A stretch of 64,000 nucleotides of DNA. Source: Malacoraja senta. Lineage: Eukaryota. The stretch covers positions 4,094,001-4,158,000 of the forward strand of contig CM075999.1 in the NCBI GenBank assembly GCA_038087875.1, in the 5' to 3' direction. The notes below the pieces were generated by a model. That model had not been told where the DNA came from, ran no database searches, and was given only the letters and a program-made list of their open reading frames with translations. Positions within the stretch are counted from its first letter, which is position 1, and each line of letters begins with the position of its first letter. Shown piece by piece: positions 1-13,300 of this stretch. The position numbers and the translations under genes were made by a program.

Positions 1-257
1 CTTCGGTTTAAACCAGATTCTGCAGTTCCTTGCTACACACAGGCTGCTCCTGAGTCTGGTTTCAAGCTTCTGAACCTTCCCCAGATGGGAGCAGGGAGAA
101 GAAGGCATGATCAGGGTGGGACGAGTCTTTGGTTATACATGGGGAGCTTGGGTCGGCAGGGGTGAGTGGGGCCGAAGAACCTGTTTCCGTGCCGTGAGAC
201 TCCATGGCTAACCTTCTTCCTCACCAAGTCTTCATGTGTCTTTGTGACTGCACACAG

Positions 258-460
258 GAATGTCCAACCCTGAGGTGATCCAGAACCTAGAGCGCGGCTA
301 CCGGATGCCTCAACCTGACAACTGCACCGAGGAACTGTACGATGTGATGAATCAATGCTGGAGCGACAAGCCTGAAGATCGGCCAACATTTGAGTTTCTC
401 CAGAGTGTCCTGGAAGACTTCTTCACAGCCACTGAAGCCCAGTACCAGAAGCAACCTTGA
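258..460 (+). CDS. LCK: Src-family tyrosine kinase LCK, last coding exon (rest of the gene lies upstream of the window)
   Basis: Acceptor cacag|GA at 257/258. Encodes (G)[66 protein letters not shown], matching the LCK C-terminus ([27 protein letters not shown] with the inhibitory tail Tyr). It lies next to HDAC1, as in human. Confidence 0.9.
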
Positions 461-895
461 CAGTATTGACATGGACAACGCAGACAGATATGACGCCTTC
501 CACACACTTTGAAAGTATCTCACGGTGCGGTACAGCCCAGAAAATACTTGAGAAATGCTGCAAAATAGGAAGTATGGCAGGTGACTAGTGCAGAGTAAAC
601 TCCCACAAACAACAGTGAGATAATGACCAGACAGATGGTTAATGATGTTGAACGATGTATAAATATTGGCCAAGACAGTGTAGTCATGTCCTGGGCACAT
701 CCCTGGAAACACAGCCTCCTGTGTGGCATTCCATCACTGGAAGTTCTGGGATACTCAGCATCACTTCTCACTCCCCCCCCCCCCCCACACCTCACCACAC
801 CTCACCGCCCCCCCCCCCCCACCTGCCTCATACCCCTCCACGTGCTCCTCCCCCACCCCACAGCCCATGCCCATGCCCCACAGGGATGTTTACTT

Positions 896-1260
896 TAGTT
901 TAGTTTAGCTTATTATTGTTATTGTCACGTTTACCGAAGTACAATGAAAAGCTTTTGTTGCGTGCTATCCAGTCAGTGAAAAGACATGAATAGTATCGAG
1001 CCGTCCACAGTATACAAATATATGATGAAGGGAATAAGATAATTTCCAGTAAAGTCCAATTAAAGATAGTCCAAGGGTCTCCAATGAGGTGGATGGGAGG
1101 TCAGGACCGCTCTCCAGTTGGTGAGAGGATGGTTCAGTTGCCTGATAACAGCTGGGAAGAAACTGTCCCTGAATCTGGAGGTGTGCATTTTGACACTTCT
1201 GTACCTCTTGCCTGATGGGAGAGGGGAGAAGAGGGAGTGAGCGGGTTGGGACTGGTCCTT
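896..1260 (-). mobile_element. Rex1/Babar-type LINE 3' fragment in the LCK 3'UTR
   Basis: Minus strand encodes a ...FSPLPSGKRYRSVKMHTSRFRDSFFPAVIRQLN-type ORF2 end, followed by an aaaagcttttcattgtac...gtgacaataa tail. Confidence 0.65.
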
Positions 1261-1819
1261 GGATTTCTATCTCAACTCATCCAGTGATGCTCTCTTTACA
1301 AGAAAGTCAAGTGTGTGTAATAAGTCCCAGCACGGAACAATGATATTCATACTTGCTGCAGCTTAGCAGCCCCACTAATACAAGAACACAAAATACATTG
1401 CAGCAATCAATAATACAGTAAGTTGATAATTAGTAGTACTTGGGAATCGTCACAGTGCAAAGCCAAAGTTTCCAAACCTGAACATAATTCATCAGAAATA
1501 TTTTGCTACATTTTCTAAATTCTTTGAAAGGTCCATGCTATTTTGAAGCCACAACTCTGTTTATGCGATTTTATTTGAAGTAATTTTAAATTAGTGATGC
1601 TCTCTCAATTTTAACGATCTCTTTCTGGCTTTCAAATCAAAACTCACCCACTGGAGTTCATGAGCGACGGACACAAAGCTGTCTGCAACGGACCTGCTGA
1701 ATGTTTCTGGCACTGTGCGTCCGTCATCCCTGTCCCTTGATGTTATCTGTCTCTGTCATATACTGTAGGTGGATGTTTGAACTGATCTGCACTCGGATAT
1801 CATGTAGCTCAGCACATTA

Positions 1820-2190
1820 AGCTTGGGCAGCTTACACCCCAGCGGTATGAATATTGACTTCTCTAACTTCAAGTAACCCTTGCTTTCCCTCTCTCTCTCC
1901 GTCCCTCCCCCATCCTAGTTCTCTGACCAGTCTGACTGTCCTCCTGATTAAATTTTACTATTGTTTGATTCGTTGTCACCTTCCCCTAGCTAACAATTAT
2001 CTATTCTACATTTTTCTCGATTCTCTCCCTTTGATCCCTCGTTTTCACACCTTACCCTTCCATATCTCTCGTTTCCCTCTCCCCTGACTTTCAGTCTGCA
2101 GAAGGGTCTCGACCCAAAATGTCACCCATTCCTTCTATCCATGCTGCCTGTCCCGGTGAGTTACTCCAGCATTTTGCGTCTATCTACATT
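1820..2190 (+). mobile_element. Penelope-like element 3' remnant
   Basis: Encodes LGSLHPSGMNIDFSNFK* (compare the end of ORF 30997-31737), followed by a degenerate hammerhead-like motif at about 2095-2125. Confidence 0.65.
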
Positions 2191-3021
2191 AAATCATTAT
2201 CTGTGGGGAATAGGGATTACACCAATCGTAACAATATTCTTGATCAAAAGCAGTTATTCTCATTGTGAACCGGTACATTGCTGCACCTTTTGTCCCAGGT
2301 GTGCTCCTCCACTTTCCAGAAATACCCACTTGTTTTGTGCCAATTCAGACAATTACCTGCTCACCACGAGGCAAACCAACAACGAGGATGTCACGATGAT
2401 CGATAGCTAATCGTCTTTCCAAACTCCTTCTATTCTGCAATCGTATTTCATGAGAAACTAAATTGTGGATGTTTGTTTCCGTTCTGTCTGAATATGTGGA
2501 AATAATCTGATGTGTAGCAAGTTGCACTAGTTTGTGGCAGGGGCATGATCATGCTTGAGTTGGTGATATGGCACTGCGTACTCTCCTGCACCCTCCCTCC
2601 CTCCCTCCTGCACACTGCCTCCTGCCCTCCATCCTACAGCCTCCATCCCTCTCTCCTGCCCTCCATCCTACAGCCTCCATCCTTCTCTCCTGCCCTCCAT
2701 GCCTCCATCCTCGCCCCTCCATCCCTCCCTCCTGCAGACCCTCTCCTATGCCGCTCTGACAGGCATCAATAGCCAGGACCAATCGGTGCCAGCTGATAGT
2801 TTACATGTTTTAAGTTTTTTCTCTTTTATAGAATCTTTTAAACAGAATTAAATGTCAGATTTCTGAATATATCAAATTCATTGCAATTTCTGCTAAAACA
2901 AGTTTTCATTTTTGTTTTCACACATATACATTTTGTACAGATAAAGATGCAAAATAATAATTAGTGATTTTGTGAACTTGTTCAGTTTAAATCTTTTGTA
3001 GTTTTGAGTCTTTTTTAAGAA

Positions 3022-3040
3022 AATAAATAAAGGAAATAAA
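3022..3040 (+). terminator. Candidate LCK polyadenylation signals
   Basis: AATAAATAAA at 3022 and AATAAA at 3035-3040 end an AT/T-rich UTR-like tract and are followed by GT-rich sequence (ttctgcttggtgttt). Confidence 0.45.
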
Positions 3041-3887
3041 GTGCAAATTCTGCTTGGTGTTTATCCATTCACCCACAATGTAGCAACACTTGACCGACAC
3101 AGGTCAACATTCCCAGTGCTCCCAATCACTCCTGGGCTCCTCCCGCTCATGTTGACTCACTGGGACTCATGGCTCTTTGGTTCTTAAAGCCCCTTCCAGC
3201 TTTTCAAACATCTTCGCAGTTTTAAGCACATCGAACACGTGGCAGGCACTTGGGAACACAGATATTCTCTCTCTGTCAGTCCCATCACGTCCACATCTGA
3301 TATTGGTCGAGGTTTTGTTACTAGATTTGTTTCTGGTCTGGAGAAGGGTCTCGATCCAAAATGTCACCCATTCCATCTCACCAGAGATGCCTGTCCTGCT
3401 GAGTTACTCCAGCATTTTGTGTCTACCTTCGGTGTAAACCAGCAACTGCAGTTCCTTCCTACACATCTTCAATTGTCACTGGTCTAGACTTTGGAACTCC
3501 CTCCCCAACAACTTGGCAACTCTAGTATCTTAGATGGGAACTGCAGTGGCTCAAGATGTGAGGCAGAGAAAGAGATTTCCGAAGAATCTTTTTCCCAGGA
3601 TGGAAATATCCAACAGTAGAGGGCAGAGCTATAAAGTGAGAGGGGGGGGAGTTTAAAGCAGATGTGAGTGCAAGTATTTTTACACAGAGAGTGGTGGGAG
3701 CCTGAAACATACTGCCAGGGGTGCTGGTGGTGGCAGATACAATCGTGGTGTTGAAGAGGCTTCTGGATGGGCACATAGGCTGGGACTAGAGGGATATGCA
3801 TCATGTACACGCAGATAAGATCAGTTTAACGGCGTAGGGTTCTGCACAAACATTGTGGGATCATTCCTCACTTGTCCAAAGCAATTA

Positions 3888-4330
3888 GGGGGGGGAATGG
3901 ATGGGGGGGGGAGGGAGGTGAGGGAGGGGGGGGAGGGGGAAGGGGGAGGGGCGGAGGGGCGGTAACTTTGCGCCGTCAACCAAACTCGCTGGCGCCGAAG
4001 CCCCGCCCCCTGCCGCCATTTGTTACCGGGGCTGACGTCACAGAGGACGCGGGGCGGAGCGAGGTAGGGTGGAGCGGTGATTGGCGGAAGCGCCGCCACT
4101 CAGCGCGGGGAGGGGGCGGGGCGGAACCAGCAGGGTAGGTTGCGCGCGCGGGGGGAGGGGCGCGGACGCGGACGCGGGCGGAGCAGCGGCGGCAAGATGG
4201 CGTTCACGCAGGCGGGCGGCGGCAAGAAGAAGGTCTGCTACTACTATGACGGTGAGGCAGGGGCAGCGGCAGCGGCAGCCGGTTGGGGGGTGGGTGAGGA
4301 GCAGGGCCCGACCCCGACGGCCTGAGGCAC
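3888..4330 (+). promoter_or_regulatory. CpG-island promoter of HDAC1
   Basis: CpG-dense tract around exon 1. Contains palindromic CRE TGACGTCA (4033-4040), GGGGCGG GC boxes (4051 and about 4112-4124), inverted CCAAT (ATTGG 4080-4084), YY1-like GCCGCCATTT (4012-4021) and AAGATGGCG over the ATG. G-runs at 3888-3960. Confidence 0.8.
4197..4251 (+). CDS. HDAC1: HDAC1 exon 1
   Basis: aagATGG Kozak context; [18 protein letters not shown](G); donor G|gtgagg. Confidence 0.92.
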
Positions 4331-7300
4331 TGGAGAGCCCCCCCACCCCCCCACTTGCCCCCAGGTGTGGGATGTCTTTCTTTGTGTGCAGTATTCATAT
4401 TGAGCAGGTTTGAATATTGCGCTGCATTTAAAGGAGGCTGCTGCTTTCTGCACTTTTGTTACTGGGTAAAGCGTGTCCGGAGCTTGGACTGAGAGCATTG
4501 GCCTGGACCTAGAACGTCTCTCCCCAGAGATGCACCTGACCCGCTGAGTTACTCCAGCACGTTGTGTCTATCTTTAGTATAGACCAGCATCTGCAGTTCC
4601 TGGTTTCTTAATCAAGGAAGCCCTGGAAAGACGACCTCTGCCTGTGGGGAATTGAGTGAAAGATATACCGTGCCCTCCTAATGTTTGAGACAAAGACCCA
4701 TCATTTATTTATTTGCCTCTGTACTCCACAATTTGAGATTTGTAATAGAAAAAAAGCACATGTGGTTAAAATGCACATTGTCAGATTGTAATAAAGGCCA
4801 TCTTTATACATTTTGGTTTCACCATGTAGAAATTACAGTTGTGTTGAATGGATAGCGGAAGTAGACTTGATGGGCTGAATTCCCTAATTCTACTCCTATC
4901 ACTTATGAACTGCAGATACCGAAGATAGATAACGCAGAAGTGTAGTGGAAGGAGTTTCCTTGATCCACTCTTCAGTGCCAATCACGTTAGGGTCGAGGTA
5001 AACAATAAACAATAGACAATAGGTGCAGAAATAGGCCATTCGGCCCTTTGAGCCAGCACCGCCATTCAATGTGATCATGGCTGATCATCCACAATCGGTA
5101 CCCCGTTCCTGCCTTCTCCCCATATCCCCTGACTCCGCTATCTTTAAGAGCCCTATCTAGCTCTTAAAGATAACATTGCGACCCGACTTCCGACCCGACT
5201 TCGGAGGCTCGGCGAGGGCCAGTGGACGACATTGTCGGGAGCTCGCAGGTCACAGGTTGGTGATCTGTTTTTCCGTAGCTCCCGCAACAACAGCTGCGTC
5301 CGCTGGACTGGAGGGCGGCAGCTTCGACCGCCCTGGGCCGCGGAGTTTGAACCGGCCCGTTCGGATTCAGCCGCGGGACTTACCATCACCCAGCGGGGTC
5401 ACAACATCGGAGGCCTGGATCGCCTCAGTGCAGAGGGAGAGCAAGGAGGGAAGAGACATGGACTTTGGGACTTTTTGCCTTCCATCACAGTGAGGAGGTG
5501 CCTGGTGGACTCACTGTGGTGGATGTTAAACTGTGTTGAGTGTGTTTTTGTTATTTATTCTATGTTATGACTGCAGGCTAAACCATTTCGTTGCACTGAA
5601 AAGTGCAATGACAATAAATTGAATCAAAATCAAATCAAATAAGCAAAACACATAAGCAAACACTGCAGCAACTAAATTGTACATCGTCTACACCTCATAT
5701 TTTGGAGTGCCTGCTTCAAGAGCATCTCAGCCAAAGTTCGCTTCTAGTTAAGATAGACACAAAATGCTGGAGAAACTCCGCGGGACAGGCAGCATCTCTG
5801 GATAGAAGGAATGGGTGAGGTTTTGGTTTGAGACTCTTTTTCAGACCTTTCTAGTTCAGATGAATGAAGCAAATGGTGGCATTTAAAGCTGGTGCACAAT
5901 GCTGAGCGTGATGGGTTTGTGTTCACCAGCGGTGGACCACGGATGTGTAGGCTTTGGGGAGGGCACAGTACACGTTCACCAGGTTGGACAAATCTACAAT
6001 ATTTTCTTTGGAGCGACGGAGGTTTTGGGAAATCTGATGAAGTATGTAAAGTTAGGGTAGACAGTCAGAACCTTTCTCCCTGGTGAAAATGTCAAAGATG
6101 AGGACATCGCTTCAAGGTGAAAGGGACAAAGTTTAAAGGACATGAATTCAAGAAGATAAATTTAAGCAACAATCTAATTTTCTTTCATCTTGTCATTGGC
6201 AGGTTTGGATTTCTTTTAGATATTTAGTGTCAGTCTTAAATTTAACTGAATTTTTTCCTGCCTTTGTGCCTTTAGATTATTTCTGTTCAGAGTCAACTGT
6301 GGAATGTACAGAGACTAGTAAAATATTTTGACTGTTTTTAGTTTGGCAAATGTGAGCAATATTTTGTCTAGTCAGTGTTTAATTGATGGCAAAATAGTGG
6401 CACAGAGGGTAAAAGCAGTGCTTGCTGTCATTCATAGAGATTCAGAAAGTCACGAGATGGCAGATGCTGAAGTCTTGAGCAAAAACAAACTGTTGGAACT
6501 CAAGCTAAGCAGCATCTGTGGGAGGGAAATGGAAACGTTATTTTGGGTCAGAATGTTTCTTCAGACGACCCCTCTGAAGAAGGGTCTTGACCTGATAAGA
6601 TTCTACATCTCCCTTCACAGATGAGTTCCTCCAGAAGATTATATTTTGATGGATTCGGATCTGGTCCCAGGACCTGTGGTCCTGAATGAAGAAATAATGC
6701 TCAAATTTCCATATGTGATTGATATTGAGAAATGCGTGTTCCTGCTGTGTTACTTTTTGTCGTAGCGCCTGCTAATATTAAATCTGAGATACCGCTACAA
6801 GTGTCTGGGGAGTCATGGAGCAAAAAGTAAACTGCTGGAGGAACTTGGTGTATCGTGTGGCATCTGGCGAGGGGGGTGGAATTATCAATGTTTCAAGTCA
6901 AGGCCCTGCATCAGGACAAATACAGGGCTTCAACTTGAAACATCAGCAGTTCCTGTCCCCATAGATTCTGCTTGGCCTGCTGATTTCATTCAGCCATTTG
7001 TTTTACTCACGATTCCAGCATCGGCAGTCGCTTATTGATGAGGTATTCTGCTTTAATTCTTAAAAAGATGCTTAAGTTGGTGTCATCCATGCTGCTGGAG
7101 ATTCTGTGTTGTGTTGTGCTGCTGTGTGGAGAGAGCTGGAAAAAGTGCTTAAATGTTCAGGGATTGGAAAAGTTAATTGGAGACTATTGAAATGGGCACA
7201 CTGGGTCGAGAGTCAATAGCTTGTGCCAGAAATGGACTTAAATGCTTGGGATGCCCTTTTCTTCCAAAGTACTTTCATACTTTGTGGATGCAGCCCAGAC

Positions 7301-10300
7301 CATCACACAAACCAACCTCCCTTCCATTGACTCCATTTATACCTCGGCAAGGCCAGCAGCATAATCAAGGATGAGTCTCGCCCTGGCCACTCCCTCTTCT
7401 CCCCTCTCCCATCAGGCACAAGGTATAGAAGTGTGAAAACACACACCTCCAGATTCATTGACCCGCCATCCTATCATCAACTAGAGAGACTTCCTGAGCT
7501 ACTATCCACCTCATTTAGAAACCCTCGGACTATCTTTGATCGGACTTTACTCGACTTTATCTTGCGCTGAATGGTATTCATGTTATTCCCATTATCATGT
7601 ATTTCTACATTGTGGATGGCTCGATTGTAATCATGTATTGTCTTTCCACTGATTCGTTGGCACTAATATAAGCTTTTCACTGTACCTCGGTACACGGGAC
7701 AATAAACTAAGCTGAAGTCTGACAAAGTGTCTCGATCCGAAACGTTACCCATTCCTTCTCTCCAGAGATGCTGCCTGTCCCGCTGAGTTACTCCGGCATT
7801 TTGTGTCCACATACAACAAACTAATCTTTGAGTTGTTATTTGGTTGAAATTTTAACAATCGATGTTGGAGTAAACAAGTTGATTATTCAAGTATTCAGCT
7901 GAACCTCAGACAATTACATGCTTTATGAGCTCAGTTGTGTGGTGTGGAGGTTGTAGCCCACCTGGCTTGTGCAGCCCCCCACCCTTCTCGCTCCAAAATG
8001 TGGTCCTGTTATCAGAAGAATTTCTAGTCATCTTTCCTCCTTTACCTACATATTCACTATGATTATTGTCAGATTCCTGTACTCCGTGATGCACGATGGG
8101 AAAAGCAATCCTGAAGTTGCAAAATCAAAACAAAATGTTGAAAATACCCAACAATCAGACTAGATGCTTCGGCTCTCATAAAGTAGTTGCAGGCACTCTT
8201 GTCACTGGTATGGGCAAGTTGGGCCGAAGGGCCTGTTTCCACATTGTACCACTCTATGACTCTCTTCACCACCCCCTGCCCCCCACCCCCAAATATTTGG
8301 GCCGCGGAGTTTGAACCGGTCCGTTCGGATTCAGCCGCGGGACTTACTTACCATCACCCAGCGGGGTCACAACATCGGAGGCCTGGATCGCCTCAGCGCA
8401 GAGGGAGAGCAAGGAGGGAAGAGACATGGACTTTGGGACTTTTTGCCTTCCATCACAGTGAGGAGGTGCCTGGTGGACTCACTGTGGTGGATGTTAAACT
8501 GTGTTGAGTGTGTGTTTTTGTTATTTATTCTATGTTATGACTGCAGGCTAAACCATTTCGTTGCACTGAAAAGTGCAATGACAATAAATCGAATCAAAAT
8601 CAAGTAAAATACTTTTGCAACCTTGCTTCTGAAGAGCTTTTCCATTTGCTTCCATGGAGCCTGTTATAATGTTATTTTTATGAATGCAGGTGATGTTGGA
8701 AATTACTACTATGGGCAGGGCCACCCAATGAAGCCACATAGAATCCGAATGACCCACAACCTGCTGCTAAATTATGGCTTGTACAGAAAAATGGAAATCT
8801 ATGTAAGTATCATTATCTAAAAATTGGTTAGCTTTGTGTATGCAGTACATCCTTACTCCATGTTCCATCTAGTGTAATGATGGTGCAGAGATAGTCATCT
8901 GCCCACAAGGATCACAATGCTGTTCTAATTGCTGCTGGAGCTGTAAAAGTTTAAAATGGAACCACGCACACACACACGTACACGCACACACACACACGCA
9001 TACACCCACGTACACGCACACATGCATGCGCGCGCACACACACGCGCACACGCACGAGCACACGCATACACGCACACATGCACACGCACACACCCACACG
9101 TACGCACACACAGACACACGCACACGCACACACGTACAAAGTTATTAACAATCTGACCGTACACTAATAATTAAGTCACGTGAGACTAAAGCCTGTGATC
9201 TCTTTTACAAACCCAATCAAAAGCTTTTTTTTTTAAGCAGCTGGTTTATTTAAATCATCACTGTTTGTCCAACCAACTGTGTAGATTTTAAAAAGGACAT
9301 AAAGTGCTGGAGTAACTCTGGGTCAGGTAGCAACTCTGGGGAACATAGATAGGTCACGTTTCAGGCCGGGATCGTTCTTCAGGCTGATTTTGTTTGGGGG
9401 GGGCGTGGGGGGAAGCTAAGAGAGGAGATGCATGGCAACGTCTGGTGAGTAATAGGTGGATATAGGTAAAGGGGGCTTTGAGAGGCAGGTGGTTGGACAA
9501 AAGCCAGAGATGAAAAGACAAAGACTATGAGATAGGGATAGAAGAGATGCAAATTGTGCAGCCAGGGGCAGGAATATAGATGGAAGGGGACGTGAAAGGG
9601 GTGTGAGCGCAGGTGTGGCACAAGAAAGGGGAAGAGTGATTTCCCCCTCGCCTGTATCCACCTATCACACGCTAGGCTTTGTCCTATCCCTCCTTCCTTC
9701 CAGCTTCCCACCCTCCCCCCTCCCCCGACAACCAATCTGAAAGAAGGGTCCTGAACTAAAACTTCACCTATCCGTGTTCTCCACAGATGCTCCCTGACCC
9801 GTTGAGTTACTCCAGCACTTTGTGTCTTTTTTTGTAAACCAGCATTTGTGTTCAATTGTGTAGATTGGTTAATTGTGGATCGGGTAAGTGGAAATGTCAG
9901 TTTTTTAAACTGTAATCCTATTTATTTTTGCCCCTGTATTTACGAACTGGCCAGTACAACAAGCAGACTAATGAATAATAATAATAATAGTGCGTTCTGA
10001 GTTGCTGATTAGCCATGTCGTACCATGTATGTGACAGAAATATTACATTTACCCATTAACCCGTCATCATTTATTTGCTATTTAATGGCAGGATTCCTCT
10101 TGAGACCAGAGGGCAGCCGAGCATCCAGAGGGAGACTCTAGTATTTAGGAGATGACCGGTTTTATAGCTGACAAAATGTCATGTTTTCTTCATGTCACCG
10201 TTAACAATTAATTGCATTTGATTTGTTTTACTACTTGCAATAAAGATTTAAATAGCAGCAGCAGTACACAGTGATGTAGCTAGAGTTGCTTGATCTACTA

Positions 10301-13300
10301 ACCAGGGCCTTCTCGTGTGTTGCTGTGCAACTTCTGGTGCAGTAATTATGAGCGTTTTGGAGGTAAATGCATGTGTGCATTGATTTGTTGTCGGGATATA
10401 AAGACCTCTGAGTCCATTGTGAGAATACTGTCTATCTTCAAGAGCTTTGGGATTGATATTGCTGAAGAAGGATCCCCGACCCAAAACGTCACCTATCCAT
10501 GTTCTCCACAGATGCTGCCTGACCCGCTGAGTTACTCCAGCACTCTTTCTTTCTAGTACTGCTTTCCTACTGCTATATAATTTGTGCTAGTGCAATGTTT
10601 GGGTTGAGATTCCAAATCGGTTGTGGGTGAATGGTAAACAGTGTAATGCCCTCCAATCTATGTTCCCCATTACCTTTTATGCAAATACATTATCAGACCA
10701 CTCTACAAACTTATTTTATATGTTTTAAACGTTACCAATAAAGCCCTGCTTTCTGCCTTTGTGTTCCTAACAATTCAAAAAGTTTGAATTGTAATTGAAT
10801 TATAAAGATTTCCGTTTCTATTCTTCCAAAGCGCCCACACAAAGCTTCAGCTGAAGAAATGACAAAGTACCACAGTGATGACTACATAAAGTTCCTGCGA
10901 TCCATTCGTCCAGACAACATGTCTGAGTACAGCAAGCAGATGCAGAGATGTACGTTGCTATTTCTTTGTCTAGTTCAGCTCAAGGATTTTGCATTGAATT
11001 GGTGCAAGGAAACGTAAATAAACCAGATAATTTGAATAATATTTTCAGTTTATAAATGCGGCTTATTAGCTTTCATTTTTCAGAATCTCACAGTGGGAGC
11101 CCAGGGCAATGGAGAACGGTTTTACAGTTTCAAGCTATTATTGGCCCTTTCAACCTAGTGCCATTTCTGTTTCATTCTGATATGAAATATATGTTATTGG
11201 TGTCCTTTATCAAATCAACCATTACATACGGCTTTATTATAGCGTGTGACTATCGGTTAAAATTGTCATTGTTGACATAGCAACAAAATTAGCAGCTTCT
11301 ATAAAATATTGAAATACATTTTAATGGTAACAGCATTTAAAATGCCTTTACCCAACCATTTTTCTGCACAGTTACATTTTGTATGCAGATCATCTCAGTG
11401 GATTTGGAAAGATTTTGCTGAGCTTTGAAAAGAACATTAATGAGAATGCCAACATTTCATTGCATAAGAATGATCAGTGTTTTTAGTTTTCCTTTTGAAG
11501 TCACTGAAATGTGGGATTTGTTTCCAGACCTTGATTTTGCATCTTGCAAGTGATGATCAAATGGCCAGTTCACCATCTCACCCATACTTGGAAATTAACA
11601 TATGGAGTGAGCGTTTAATTGCAGATAGGAGATAATAATAATAATAATAGATTCTATTTATATAGCGCTTTTCAGGACTCAAAGTCGAGATGAGTGAATC
11701 AATAGACAATAGACAATCCCCAACATCGGGAACATGTTTCCTGCCTCTAGCGTGTCCAAACCCTTAACAATCTTATATGTTCCAATGAGATACCCTCTCA
11801 TCCTTCTAAACTCCAGAGTGTCCAAGCCCAGCTGCTCCATTCTCTCAGCATATGACAGTCCTGCCACCCCGGGAATTAACCTTGTAAACCTACGCTGCAC
11901 TCCCTCAATAGCAAGAATGTCCTTCCTCAAATTAGGGGACCAAAACTGTACACAATACTCCAGGTGTGGTCATAGAAACATAGAAATTAGGTGCAGGAGT
12001 AGGCCATTCGGCCCTTCGAGCCTGCACCGCCATTCAATATGATCATGGCTGATCATCCAACTCAGTATCCCGTACCTGCCTTCTCTCCATACCCTCTGAT
12101 CCCTTTAGCCACTAGGGCTCTGTACAACTGCAGAAGGACCTCTTTGCTCCTATATTCGATTCCTCTTGTTATAAAGGACAACATGCCATTCGCTTTCTTC
12201 ACTGCCTGCTGTACCTGCATGCTTACTTTCATTGACTGATGTACAAGAACCCCTAGATCCCGTTGTACTTCCCCTTTTCCCAACTTGATGCCATTTAGAT
12301 AGTAATCTGCCTTCCTGTTTTTGCTACCAAAGTGGATAACCTCACATTTATCTGCATTAAACTTCATCTGCCATGCATCTGCCCATTCCCCCAACCTATC
12401 CAAGTCATCCTGCACTCTCATAACATCCTCCTCACAGTTCATACTGCCACCCAGCTTTGCAAATTTGCTAATGTTACTTTGAATCCCTTCATCCAAATCA
12501 TTGATGTATATTGTAAATAGCTGCGGTCCCAGCACCGAGCCTTGCGGTACCCCACTAGTCACTGCCTGCCATTCTGAAAGGGACCCGTTAATCCCTACTC
12601 TTTGTTTCCTGTGTGCCAACCACTTCTCTATCCATGTCAGCACTCTACCCCCAATACCATGTGCCATAACTTTGCCCACTAATCTCCTATTTGGGACCTT
12701 ATCAAATGCTTTCTGAAAGTCCAGGTACACTACATCCACTGACTCTCCCTTGTCCATTTTCCTAGTTACATCTTCAAAAAATTCCAGATTAGTCAATCAT
12801 GATTTCCCCTTCGTAAATCCATGCTGACTCGGACGGATCCTGTTACTGCTATCCAAATGTTCAGCTATCTCATCTTTTATAATTGACTCCAGCATCTTCC
12901 CCACCACCGATGTCAGGCTAACTGGTCTATAATTCCCTGTTTTCTCTCTCCCGCCTTTCTTAAAAATTGGGATAACATTAGCTACCCTCCATTCCACAGG
13001 AACTGATCCTGAGTCAATAGAACATTGGAAAATTATCACCAATGCATCCACGATTTCTAGAGCCATTTCCTTAAGTACCCTGGGATGCAGACCATCAGGC
13101 CCTGGGGATTTATCAGCCTTCAGTCCCATCAGTCTATCCAACACCATTTCCTGCCTAATGTGGATTTTCTTCAGTTCCTCCGTCACCCCAGATCTTCTGG
13201 CCACTACTATATCAGGAAGATTGTTTGTGTCCTCTTTAGTGAAGACAGATCCAAAGTACCTGTTCAACTCATCTGCCATTTCCATGTTCCCCATAATAAA

